Positions 24,701 through 37,081 of a stretch of 64,000 bases of DNA are shown here, in pieces. The notes under the pieces are model-generated. The model had not been told where the DNA came from. It made no database searches and saw only the letters and a program-made list of their open reading frames with translations. Source of the stretch: Amoebophrya sp. A120. Taxonomy: Eukaryota; Protista; Dinoflagellata. The stretch is from assembly GCA_905178155.1 (NCBI GenBank), contig CAJINV010000002.1, positions 11,410,591 through 11,474,590 of the forward strand. The letters are read 5' to 3'. The first letter of the stretch is position 1, and every line of letters starts with the position of its first letter. The translations under genes were made by a program, and so were the position numbers.

Positions 24701-26505
24701 AACTAAATCAGTCAAGTGAACGAAGCCCTTCTCCAGTAAAATCATCATGCTGCCACTCAAGTATTTTCGAAGCTTCCACAACCTCTCGCGATCCGGCTGC
24801 GAAAGTTCTGGTCGAGAGGACGAGCCTAATATTGGTGGCGCGGCGCCTGCAGCTCCTCCTGTCGGACCCCCGGCCACGCCCAGAGGAGGTGCCCCGATGC
24901 CAAGCTGGCTCAAATATTGCAATGCGGTGGCTTGGTCCCGCGGGTCGGCGTCCGGAAAGTGCCACCGCGGGTCGGGCATCGCGTTTGTCGAGCTGCTGTC
25001 TGCCAAAGTTTTCAAATTCAGCGGCGAGTCGAGCAGCAGCCTGACCGCGCGCGAAGCTGCGATGAAAAAGTTCCCGAACATATGCAGAAGCTCCTGACCC
25101 ACCTTGTGAAACGCGGACTTATCTGCGAGTAGCATTTTCAGAGATTGCTCCTTCAACACGCAAAAGAACAGCTGCACGACCAGAAAAATCGGGATGGCCT
25201 CGTTGATCTGCTTCAGATTCGGTAGCGGTTGCTTGTTGCAGACCAGCCGCCGTGCGTTGACCACGATATCTGGGAGCTGTGACGCTTTCGTCTGCTCCGC
25301 GGTTTGGCCCAGGAAATTTTGAAAAAAATTGTTGAAGAACACCGGCAGCTCCGGGTAGTCCTTCGGAAAGGAAAACCGCGAGATTTTCCTGACAAGAATG
25401 ATCAGCGTGTCAATGCACCGCTTCCGGTCCACCGGGAGCTGCTGCATGTGATCGTTCTCGGCAGCACATAGAGCACCGACATCCCGTTCAAACACCTGCA
25501 ACACCATCGCTTTGATCCTGGCCTTCAGTTCCGGGGGAAAGTAGATTTGCTGCGCAGTGTTTGTAGTTCCACCCGGGGTGGTGCCAGTGGAACCGTTCAT
25601 CGCCGGGGGAAATTTGTGTTGTTCAGTTCCCGGCGGCGCTCCTCCTGTGTTGGCGCCAACAGTACAGCTGCCTGAGGACATCGGATTTCTCGGGTCCTTG
25701 CCGCTCGCAGTCATCAAACTGGGCCCGACTTATGGCGTTCTCAAACGTTACATTCTCAACTGTTACATGATTTGTCATGCTAATTTACCAGCAAGATCGC
25801 CACGATTAAGCTGCTTCGCGTGACAAATCTCCGAAGGGACAGACAGCAGCTAAATCTGCGCCAAATCTGTAATGCAAAAGGCGCAATCTTCCCCCTTTGC
25901 TTTCACTTTTGCCGTTCTTGCATTACAAATTCATGTAACAGTTGAGAATGTAACATTTGAGAACGCCATACGACTTGCCGCGACGTTATCCCTGCTTGCG
26001 TCCGCGCGGACGGCGCGGGTCCACGGTACCCCCAATTTCGCAGCAACACATTTTTACACCCCGTCAAGGCAAGGAACTTCAATGTGTAGTCGGTCTTCTC
26101 CAGGTGGTAAATTTCGAGGAGCTGCAGGCAAAATTGGGCGTCGGTTTCCTCCTTTTGCTTTAAGATTTGGTTACAGTACTGCCGCAGGCTCTGGTTCACA
26201 CCAGAAACGGAACCAAGAAGAACGTCGCGCAACGGTAAGTTCTGCGCGTCCGCAAGCTGCATGCAGCTCGTGTTCTGCGCGCCCAGCTGCGGGCTGCTCG
26301 TAGCTGCAGCTCCTGCGGGAAGCATCATGTTGCTGCTGGGCGGAACCTGGTGCAGGTTTGCACTTGGATCGTTGCTCGAAGATGGGGGGACTACAAATAG
26401 GGGTACGACTCCTGTCTGGTGAGGGGAAATTGATGAACTTGTACAGCCGTGCCAGTGCGCTGCGTGTTGGTTCTGCTGTTCTTGCGCGGGGAAGAGCTCC
26501 GGCAT
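18705..26505 (-). CDS. Importin-beta family protein, importin-11-like
   Basis: IBN_N-like LKFLALTGCKNVLLRNW and RKISRFSFPKDYPEL (cf. IARxDxPxxWP), helical-repeat composition. ORFs 25903..26523, 24188..25717, 21572..22765 and 18705..21395 are joined via two introners and canonical-looking introns. Confidence 0.75.
22776..24195. mobile_element. Introner/MITE-like element, TIR family A, long form (1420 bp), TSD TCTCC
   Basis: tctcc|TATCAAAATGAAAAGTCCCCCCTCCCCATATCGAAA…TTTCGATATGGGGAGGGGGAATTTTTCCTCACGATA|tctcc. Removal gives AVEGME|NPVRNGWRNQ in frame. Confidence 0.92.
25731..25970. mobile_element. Introner/MITE-like element, TIR family E (240 bp, ~50-bp TIR), TSD CGACT
   Basis: cgact|TATGGCGTTCTCAAACGTTACATTCTCAACTGTTACATGA…TCATGTAACAGTTGAGAATGTAACATTTGAGAACGCCATA|cgact. 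Removal gives TSRQV|GPSLMTASGK in frame. Confidence 0.93.
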
Positions 26506-26507
26506 CA

Positions 26508-26793
26508 TATCGAATGCAAACATGTCTGGGTCTGGAAACTTGTGATGCAGGTTGGACAGTCATGAGGACGCCTTCACGCCCGGCCACGAGTTGGAATTGC
26601 CAGGTGTTGCCTATTCCGCATGGCAATGGCATCAAACTGCGTTTATGCATGACTGACAGAGAGCTGCGGCGCCGGCGTTTAGGTACTTACTTGAAGTAAC
26701 GCGCATGACAGACTTCGACTTGAGAGTCATTTTAGCCGAGCATGACAAACCATGCGCTCTTCAAGACCCAGACACATTTGAATTCAATTAATA
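26508..26793. mobile_element. Introner/MITE-like element, TIR family B (286 bp), TSD CATCA
   Basis: catca|TATCGAATGCAAACATGTCTGGGTCTGGAA…TCAAGACCCAGACACATTTGAATTCAATTAATA|catca. The TSD contains the probable importin ATG. Confidence 0.85.
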
Positions 26794-28100
26794 CATCAGA
26801 GCTGCTGGCGATATCGTTCGTCACCTGCGACAGCGAATCACCATCGCATGGGCATGACTCGCCAGCCGCATTGGCGTTGCGACGAGCTGCAGAGGATGCT
26901 TCTTACAACCTGGCCCCGGCGCTGCGTTTTTTCTACACGACGGCTGCCGTTGTCCATGCTCAATGTTCTGCGATCTTCTGATGCTCCCGCCGTGAGGCAA
27001 CGCATGTGTTTCGGAGAAACAAGGAGCAACCAGGTTGAAGAATTGGCTCATTTTTTCTCTCTTCAAGAACAATTTTCAAATCAGAAAGACAAAGGGAAAG
27101 AAAGGAGTGGGCCACTACCTATAGTGAAGGTGCAAGTAGGTTGTATGGTGTTGCTAGCTTACTGCTACTCATCAAAGTGAAAAGACAATACACAAGAGCT
27201 ACTTTCTTACGTAAAAACTCAGAAAGTTGTTTCAGATTCGCTTGGAATTGAGTACTTATGTAAACAAAAGTACATTATTATTCCATATAGCAGGTGTAGT
27301 AATTGACTTCACTTACACTTTGAGATTACATCTGGTACTTTATCCTTTTTGGTATTCACTTTATGTCTATTATTCTTCTTGTTCAACACAACCCGAGGCA
27401 CATACGTAACTCTAAATTTTTCTAAGCCGATTTGACTTTGGTAAAAGCTCCTCCTTCTTCCATGTTTTAATTCCTCTCCGCGGCCTGCTGAATAAAGGAG
27501 GATCAGGTTCTTCGCAAGTTTTTGACTTTGACATGTCTATACTTAAGTACAATTGTGACCACACGCCAACACGGCGCGCAGCACGCCCATGATCGTAGTG
27601 GCTTCGGGTTTGGTAGTACTGACCTTTTTCTTTTTTCATGCATGAATGCATACCGCGTTTGTACTGTTGGATACTGGAGGTCCTTCACACGACGAAGATC
27701 CGTTACGCTTATGGGGCAGGAACAAGAGCATGACAATCTTTGACACGCGAACAGATTGGACTACTTAGGTACAGATCGTGGTCAGGTTCTGCCCTCCCGC
27801 TGCATTCGTTGTGCGGAAGAATGTGCTCCGGTTCAGTTCAAGAGCTGAACCACCCAGGAGTTAGGAGAAGATACATACAACTCAGAACAGAACTCAAACT
27901 CATCCCTGCGTGCGGTGTCGTTGACGAGGGACGGAGAGCAAGCATCAAGCCATCAACTTGCCTTGGTATGATCGTCGACGAACATCATCCAGCTGCTGGA
28001 TTTGCTTTTTTGCCATGTTGTCACGTAAATTGTAGCTGCAAAATGAAGACATTAGGTCGCAAAGTAGCAATGTGAAATGTCATCTTGATGTTGATCTTGA

Positions 28101-28514
28101 TCAATGCCCAAACACATTTCGTTTTCTACATTTCCAGTCTGCAGGCTTTCTCAAATCCATTCCCTTCCCGCTCATCATTTCCGCATTTAGTGTTCGCTGC
28201 TCAATGGATTTGTCCAAGCACCAGCCTTTCACGTACTTTTCGCACGTGTGCTGCGTCCACTGGTATATGTTCGTCTTGTGGTCCATGAACATCTTGTAGT
28301 AGTTCGTGCCGTGTTTTTTGTGGAGTCGTTCCACAATCGGAATCTGGTCCTCGTTCAGTTTCACTTTATGGTATGCCTCCTCTGGTATGCTTTCCGGGTA
28401 CGCAGCGCCCAGGTTCTTTGGCAGGTCGGCGTTTATCTGGTTGTGTGATAGATAGTCGTGAACGTGAAGATTGAAACAAGAATATTTATAGGTTGCAAGC
28501 TCATTTTCGGACAC
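28101..28514 (-). CDS. NOP16: Nop16-like ribosome biogenesis protein (C-terminal exon; upstream exons probably within 28600-29600)
   Basis: LNEDQIPIVERLHKKHGTNYYKMFMDHKTNIYQWT matches the Nop16 signature (L..KHG.DY..M..D.K.N..Q.T). Confidence 0.7.
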   Translation of the reverse strand: MSENELATYKYSCFNLHVHDYLSHNQINADLPKNLGAAYPESIPEEAYHKVKLNEDQIPIVERLHKKHGTNYYKMFMDHKTNIYQWTQHTCEKYVKGWCLDKSIEQRTLNAEMMSGKGMDLRKPADWKCRKRNVFGH

Positions 28515-30687
28515 TGCACTAACTCAGCGGGTCGTGAAGAAGAACTTAAGACTCAGCTTATTGATTTTATTCACTAAATATGCCTACTATACCTTTTCAA
28601 GATGACAGCTCCATGGCATTGAGCATTTTGAAACCTCTGTGGCGACGTTCTCCCGTAGCTGTTTGTTGGCCATACGCTTCGGGTTCACATTTTTCCTCGT
28701 CTTCACTTTTCGTGTGACCTTCTTCTCGTTCCGTCGCTTCCTCAAGAGCTTTTTCGGCATTTTGCGTCGTCGATTTGAAAAATTTCCCGCGTTTCAAGTT
28801 GGGCCCGTTCTGAGGAAGTTGATGGAGCGTCGACAAAAACAGTTCACAGAAGTTTGAATTCTATTTCTATATTGTCTTTGTCGGTACAAAGGATTATTCT
28901 TGAGTTTCCAAGCAACTCTAAAAAACGGGGAAGATGATCTTACATACAGATAATTCTCCTAGACATATCACCCATCACCTGAGTTGGACGTTTCAACTTC
29001 ATCTTCAACACGGACTTGGGATTCATCAAGAAGCGGGATTTAGAATCTCTTGCTGCGGAGCATGTGTGTGGGTGTGGGATGAAGATCCTCTTGCAACATT
29101 TCTTGCACAAATCAATACGGATCCTCAACATCCTATTTTTAGCATCTTCTTCCAGTGATCACTCAGCTTTGCGAGATCATGAGCCGGCACATCGTACGCT
29201 CTTGCTAACAGCAACAAGGTTCCTGAAGAACTGGAAGTGGCAGTACATCTACCGCCACACTAGCTACAGCATTTAAGGATCTTCAATCAAGACTGAGTAT
29301 TGGCGCTCGTGAATGCTGAATGTATGCCTCACATCAAAAATACCGTACAACTTATTGCCGTGAATCCGGATCGGTTCACCTGCGCAATGAAATGATGCTT
29401 TGGCAAGAAGGTTCAGCACAGCGAAACCTGCTGGAGCTGCTTGGCCTTGCGCCTGGTGCTTTGATGTAGTGATATTTATTTTTCTGAAGCCTTGGCTTGT
29501 TACTTGGTAGCGGACAGTTTTCTCATTGCAGCTCATCCTGCTCCACATGATCCTCGCCTGGATTATTTTAGCACTGTTCTTCATCGTGACGAGCAGGACA
29601 ATCTAAGCCAATTATGACTTCAGAATTTTTCGATCCTTCACCCCGTTCCAGAAAACGAATGTGAAACAACGACACAATTCTCGTATTTATTCTTCTTGCC
29701 TTCTCAAATTGTAAAATGTACACTGTGAAATTATGAGTATTCCTATTTATACACTACGCGAAACGATGCTTCTACATTTTATGGTAACTTTGTCCGAAGC
29801 GGACTTCTACAGATGTTCAAGAACTTTGAGACGAAATGAGGAACGATGTAGAGTGTGATAGCAATAAAGACGATAACTTTCTGAAGAAAGTCACTTTCAA
29901 ATGAAAATCATGTCAGAAGCGTATTTTACAATCAAAAGGAGGAGTGCTCAGCTGTTGTAGACTCGTCCAACAATTCGACGTCGATATGCAATCTTTCATA
30001 GGCTTGTGAAAAGTGTGACACCCGTCTCCGTCTGTGAAAAGCAATTCTGCTCACCAGGTCGTAACAAAAACTACGAATTGTTGCTGTGCAAAAAACCTAC
30101 GCTACGTACACCTCTCGTGTGTTAAAAAACTACTTCGTTCCATCCTTCTGGTTTGCTCCCAACGGAGGAGATGAGAGTTTGTATGAAGAACATACGATAC
30201 CGATACACGCTTTCTTTTGGATTTGAGAGTGATGTGGAAGAAAGAAAATCACTCAGATGGGAACCTGTTGCAGCACGTCGGAGCCGTGTTGTTGACACGC
30301 TAGCTCTTGCGGCTCCCGAGCCCCCCGGGCCGCAGCGTCGGCCAGCAGACGCAGAGACCCTGCCTGCGGCGTTTCCTCGACCGACGCGAGCGCTTGGGCA
30401 GAAGCGACACTAGATATATCCACCTCTTCAGCCGACGACGAGCCCTGTTTTGTGTTTGTTTCTTCATGTCCTGATCGTGAAGATGTGCAAAAAAAATGTC
30501 AATAAAAAAGATTTTCTTGGTCATCCCATTCTAAGCCTCGCAATACACGATCGAACGCAACACTTCGTTCTTGTCGTCGTCAAAGCGTAGTTTTACTTTT
30601 AGCTCCAGATCGAACGCTTCTTACTAGATGATGTACCCAACTGGGGGGTCTATTCACAAAAGACGAGCAAACTACGAAAGTAGGTAA

Positions 30688-33600
30688 TTATTGTACCGGA
30701 GTCGTGGTGCTGCTGCTCGATGATGGGCCACCGCTAGTGCCCTGCTTGACGATCCAGCTCTTGCGGCTGGGTCCGGGGATGGAATGCTTGCTGGGCCGCG
30801 ATGAAACCAGCGTTCCATACTGCTCGTGGTGCGGTTGGTACAAAAGCCCACCTCCTCCTGAGGTGGGGTCCAGGTGCCGACGCGAGGCGGAGGAACTCAA
30901 ATTCAGGCTCCTCGCGCGTTTGCTCAAGTAGTACTCCGCGGGGCGGTTCTTCCGCGACATATTGGAAATGTGGTCGTCGCCGCCCGCGATCACGACTTGC
31001 GGATTCGACCCCGGCTTTTCCGCGACGACGTACTTGAAAGCGCGGTTTCCCTGGACCGCGTTGCACCACAGCGCACCGTGCACCGGGATCATACCGTAAA
31101 AGATCGCGTTGGACAAACCCCAGATGCCCAGCTCGACAAGAATCTCCAGCCAGAGCCACAAACTAGAAAACCAGTCCATTTCGCGCGCGTGCAGGACCAT
31201 CTCGCACCGCGGGACCAGGTTAGAGTCGTGCTGCTGTTGAGTGGTGCTGCTGCGCAGCCGCGCCAGGTTAGAAACTGTCAGGGCTGGCGCTGCGGAAAAT
31301 GAAGCAGCATTTGTATTCTTCAACACGGTGGAGGTGGATTTACTGTTCCTTGGTTGAACAACTAGACCCTGCTCTTGCAGCTGCAGCGACGAGGACGATG
31401 TTGCACCAGTGCCCTTTTGCTGCAGCACCTCTGCTCCGCCTCGCTGTACGACCTGCAGCTGCGACGTTTCCACACCGAAGCAACTGCTACGCGCGGTGTT
31501 GCTGAGACTAGCGCCGGAGTTGTTCAGCAGTGAATGATGATTTGACGGTACTACAGCTGGCGCACTGCTACCAGCGGAACTGCCCGTGTCACCCCCCGGG
31601 GCGGCTGGTGCTGGCGCAATCTTTGTTCCGTGATTTTCTTGTAGCTGAAGAAGGCGAGCAGCCTCGCACTTTGGGTCGAATACTTCGACCTCAGTGGCCG
31701 TGCAGTTTCCACTGCTGGTGCTCATTTCCTCGTCGATGTGGAAGTTGTGATCGAGCAGGTGCCGTTCCTGTTCGTCGACCTCAATCGAGTCTTCCACCGA
31801 ACTGTTTGTGTGCGTGGCGGTCTCCCAGTCGGACATTTGGTACACGATGTAGTCCGTCAACCGGTTCGCCCGGTTGTTGTACGCGTGGTGGTTCGACATC
31901 TGTCCGACCTCCTTCTCCGAGGCGAGGCAGCCCTTGCTGTCGTAGGACAAAACCGCGTAGTACTTCCGGCTGTAGGTCGCCCGGTTGGGGCAGCAACACA
32001 CGACCCCGTAGTCGGGCTTCGCCGGCCGGGCCTCCTTCCGCAACGGCGGAAGGTGTTGCCGCTCCGGGCGCCCGAAGGAGGAGCGACGCTGCACCAGGCT
32101 GGTGGTCGTGTTGCCCACCTGCAGCTGCAGCTGCTGCTCGTGTGGTTGCTTGTTATAGCGAGCGGAAAGCTGCAACTGTTTCGAACTTGTACTACTAGCA
32201 TCCGCTACTTCTTGCTCCGTTCCGCTGGAATTGTCGGCCTCGTTGCCGGAAGTGTTTGCACTTGCAGTCGTGCTGCTGGACGAGGAAGTTGCAGCTGCAT
32301 CAAAATGAAGCTGCTTGTTTTGTCTGGTGACGTCGTTGTCGTAGGTAAACTCGTCTTCGTCCGCCTCCTCGTCGCTCTGGTCGTCAAACATGGTCGGACG
32401 GTCCATCAGATGCAACGGCGCGTACCTCCCCTCTAGCACGTCCCGCAAGACCACGGAGACCACGTGACTCATCGCAACGCATGCCAGTGTCGGAAGCAGA
32501 ACGCCACAGACCAGGAAAAACCACGGCACCTCGTGGAAGTGGTCCAAAATCTTCCGCGCCTTCCCGTAAATCCGGTGCTGCGTGCCCAGGGTGTACGACA
32601 TGATGGAGAGCAGATTGCACACGGTGAACATGGCAGAAAAGGTCGCGAACACCCCAATCATGCACAGGGGGGTCCACATGTGCAGGCAGAGGCGGAGGTA
32701 CTGCAGGTGTACACGGAGCGGCAAACCGGACCTGCTGTGGGTGCAAAGGTGCCACCACTGGACGAGGAGGTAGCTCACCTCGGCGACCGCCTGGTGGTGC
32801 CGACGCGCTTGCGTGTACTTCATGCCCACCGCAGTGACAAAATCGCTGTCGTGCACGGAGTAGGACAACGCCGGCGTGTAAAGCGGAATCAACCGAGTCT
32901 CGGACTGGGAAAGCGTCAAACCCTTCTGCTGGTTGTCAATCAGATTTTGCCAGTAGCTCGCAGATAGACACTTGATGAACATGTGGTGGTCCTCTGCGAT
33001 CACGTCGGCATCCCATCCTTCCACAGTCTTCAGCAATGCGAGAGTGATCGTGTAGCTCGCGTGACACGCGTGGTTTGCCCATCCCGAGCAAGCGATGCCC
33101 CCGCATTCGTAAATCGGATGGCCATGACCTGGGATGAAACATCAGTTTTGATTGATATTGTCTTTTTCGCAAATAAATTTAGTTATACCATTTTCTTAAA
33201 CTTGTATAGAGAAATAAATTGTGCCTGTTTTGTCATCTCGAGGACCAATTTCAGTCTCTAGGCCAAGAAGACCCAGCAAATGAATGAATCCAGTAGTATG
33301 TCACTCAGTTCGAAGATTCGCTTCAGGAAACTAACAACAGGTGGTCAGCGGATTAGGAGGAAAAATACTCATCGCCTTGATCGGTCCGTGCACGCGCTCG
33401 ATGTTCCGGTACTCGAGCTGTGGCGCCTGGTAGATCGACCACTGCCGCTGGTCGAAGGTTTGCTCCACCAGCCCCTTGTACGTCAACCTCGGAAAGTACT
33501 GGCGGTGCAACAGCGTGTCCGCGTCCAAAATTGTCACAAAGGTTTTCGTCTCATCGTAGATGCGCGGCCGCTGGTCCAGGCCGCTTGTCAAACCTGCAAT

Positions 33601-35067
33601 GCGATCGCTTTCGTTCCCTTCTTGCTCGATGGTCGCTGTGCCGGGTGGAGGTGGTCCGAAGAAGGAATTCGACGGCGCATACCGATTCATCATGTTGTTG
33701 CCCTGCAGGTACGACGGGGTGCTAAACGCCAGCTTCCTTTCCGACTCCGACATGTCTTGTGGGATGTCATTTTTGTTCACAAAGCGCCCCCCTTTCCGCA
33801 GGTGCCGCAGCACCTTCAAATACGCGGATTGCACGTTGGAGGACTTGCCTGCGACCTCGTCCGGCAATTCGCCTTCTTTGTGCACATTGATCAGAATGTC
33901 CAAGAACAAATGCCGGCACCGCTGCCGCAGCCGCTGTGCCTGTTCCCGGTCCGCCGGGCCCGCGCGCTCCTCGCAGGCGATGACCAATATGATGTATTCC
34001 TTCGCGAGCTCGGAGCAGAACGCCATGTTTTGGATGGTCTCTGCCAATAGCTCCTCTCCCTCGCGGTAGTAGGGCAGCAAGACGATGTGTAGCATTCCTT
34101 CAGCCAGGGACTCGTGGTGGCCCAGAAAATCCTCGAGCTTCGAGGTCCAGTCCAGCGTCGACTCCCGGCGCATGCGCACCGTGCAAATCAAGGCTCCGGC
34201 GGCGGAGGACAGGACCCACAGCGTCACCCACATCCCGAAGAAGCTCAACTCAATCAGGAACACCGTGCGAGCCAAGTCGTGCTGCAGTGTGTAGCCGGTG
34301 AACAGGAAGATGCCCAGAGTCAGGGACAGGGAAAAGGTGGCCACCAACGGCACCCAACGAAACACCACACACATCGTGCGGTCGTTCGGGTTATCCTCCC
34401 AGATGGAAATTCTCGGGATCTCGGTGACCACGCGCGCAATCCCGCGCCCGAAGAGGATTTGGCTTCCGCGAACGATAGAACCAAAAACGCCCTGCTCCCT
34501 GTGTCCGTCCGCGGTCGCTGCAGAAGAACTGCACACAGACGACTCGCCCGCGCTTCGCGTCGATAACGGAATCCTGTTCGCACCATTCTGGTCGCGGCTC
34601 GTGGTCCAATCTTGATGTTGTGCGATCACGCTTCTGTTGTGCAACAACGCTTGGACGACTTCGGCCGAATTTTCGCTGGTGGAATTGGTGGAAGCACAGT
34701 CGCTGTTGTCCGAGTGGATCACGTGGTACTCCGTGTCCTGCGACGGCGAGTCCAGGGCCGAGGGTCGATTTTTGTTTTCCTCTGGCTGTTGACAGGATCC
34801 GTGATCGACCTGCTGCTGTTCCGGATCAGTATCGACCGGTTTCCGTGTCCAGGATGTGCTGGTACCAGCGGACGCAGGTATCTTCGACTCAGTCTCAGTC
34901 GTAGCAGGATTATATTCTCCTTCACAGCTGCTGGACGAAGCACTCGCGCTGGAGACAGCACGAGTAGAGACCACCGCACTGTCGTTAGAACTGGCGCGGA
35001 CCTTCTCCATGACAGCGAGAACGGTGGGGGTATTCTTATCGACGGACAAATCCTCCTCTCGTACCAT
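30688..35067 (-). CDS. GT2-family processive membrane glycosyltransferase (cellulose-synthase-like fold)
   Basis: HIVLLPYYRE, AGKSSNV, TILDAD (DxD), YQAP, GWDADVIAEDHHM and QARRH (QxxRW-like), with flanking TM helices. One GT-AG intron at about 33130-33368. Confidence 0.8.
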
Positions 35068-36571
35068 TTTAGGAATCTTTCAAGGCCTTTCTTCGCCTAT
35101 GATTTCGAAAATGCCCTCCCCGACGGGTCAATTCAAATGGTAAAATGGTCGTCCGCCAATGCTAAGACCGCTATCGCATAACTCAGAACAATAACGGTCA
35201 CCATGGTGTGGCACTACTCCTACTTCTAGGACTTGAATTTAGAAGGATAACAAGTATTCAAACAAGAATCATCGTCCATGATTTCACGAACAGGGAGTTT
35301 AAAAAGTTGAAATTCAAGAAAGTGGTCTGACTCTGACTATAATCAAGTATACTTGATTTCTTACTCTTAGCAATTCACTTTACAACTACAGACTTCTCAC
35401 TTGAAAATCTAAAGATACAGAAGTCTTTGACACGGAAAAACACCACAACAAAATAAAGGGAAAGCAAAAAGAGAAAGGCGTACTTACTTGTGAAACCGAA
35501 GAGCATGAACATCATAAGCTCTATGACTGGCATAGCCATAGGCTCGTCCATATCGGACAAATTTGTAGGGGTGCCGGGTGGGCGGAGTACCATGGTTGAT
35601 GATACTCGGTTCAACAACTACTTTCTTAAGAATATTGGATAAAGGGGAGGGGAATAAATTGTATTCGATGAAACGATTAAGACCGCTGAAGGAAAGGAAA
35701 CAATAGTTGATGTCGTGTCTTCGTCTTGTCGATATCCGAAATTAGGCAACAAAAACTGAAAAGGAAGCAGTGACTGTATTTAGTATTTTTTTTCTGACAA
35801 CGACCCAGGCCCGCAGTAATAACCCGTTGCACGACTTACCTTCACGACGCTAGCTGCTGGACGATTTTTTGCACGAAATACCGACTCTTATTACGACCAC
35901 AACAAGTCCCTTGTTAGTACTACGGTATGCTGTGATGCGATAAGCAGACCGACGACGACATGTAGAATTACGACACGGACGATGCAAAGGCACAACGAAC
36001 TGTCAACGATGCCTTAAGATTCACGAAAACCGAGGCTCGCCTTACGTATGTATCGATCGACGAAGGTGAGAAGTGAAAGCCGCACACTTACAACGAGGCT
36101 TGCTCGGGGCTAATGCTGCCTGGTGATGACTGACGAGAGACGACAGCTGAGTTCCGTAGATACATACTTCTTGCAGTGCTAATTAAAACAAATTGTACCG
36201 CGGTTACATGTTCCTACCTTCAGTCTCCTCAGCCATTCCAAAAAAACCTGTAACGAAAGAAAGCTTTCGATGAATATGTCACGTTTTTTTGCCGCGGTGG
36301 CCTAATGAGAAGATTCATTTGCTTTGATTGCACCAAAGCTTTCGTCGCTTCGAAGGTCCCAAATTTCGAAGCAGGACCTGCGATCCCACACACAAAACGT
36401 CTCGCTTTTGTCCCGTCTCAAAGTTCAGCTCCTGCAGAAATTCTTTCCCAGTGATAGCGCTGCGCAATCGCAAGGAGTGGTAGTTTTGAATCTAAGACAG
36501 TCCACATCGTAGACCTTGTCGCTCATCTATCGAGATTGCTCATGCAGACTAGCAAAATGATTTTGTTCACG

Positions 36572-36592
36572 ATCATCATCATCATCATCATC
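36572..36592. repeat. (ATC)7 microsatellite
   Basis: atcatcatcatcatcatcatc read directly. Confidence 0.8.
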
Positions 36593-37081
36593 CTGATTCT
36601 CTTCGAAATTCAGAAAAACCCGAAGCGCTCGCTTATTTCCTCGCGAATGGAACGCTTCCAATAAATTCAAGCGAAGGCTTTGCCTCTGCTAGCATTAGCA
36701 AAAGGAAAAGAAAATCATAAAATGAAGCAAAAAAAATCATTTTATACAGTATTTGAAACCATCGGCATCGATTTGTATCTCACACCAGAATAAAGGCAAG
36801 TCGCGATCCTGATTTTCGCGTTTGTGCTTGTGGTCCTACTATGACTATCTCACACCAGAATAAACGAAATTTTGTATACAAAATGGAAGTCCCTGCTACT
36901 TCTTCTTCTGACTGGAACTGGAAGTCGCAAAAGAAAGACAAGAACATCGTACAGCCTTTGCTGCACAGTGAAAGGCTCTTGTTCTTTTTCCATTTTTGGA
37001 TCTTCGCAAAAAATTTGCTCCCCCTCTGCTGCTCCTCTGTTGATGCACAGCTCGGTCGCAGTGCCGCTTGCAAAAACTAGA

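Noticed and set aside
35375-35617. Small spliced gene or first exon upstream of the GT2 gene
   Set aside because: There is a good GTAAGT donor near 35488, but I could not join it in frame to any downstream exon.
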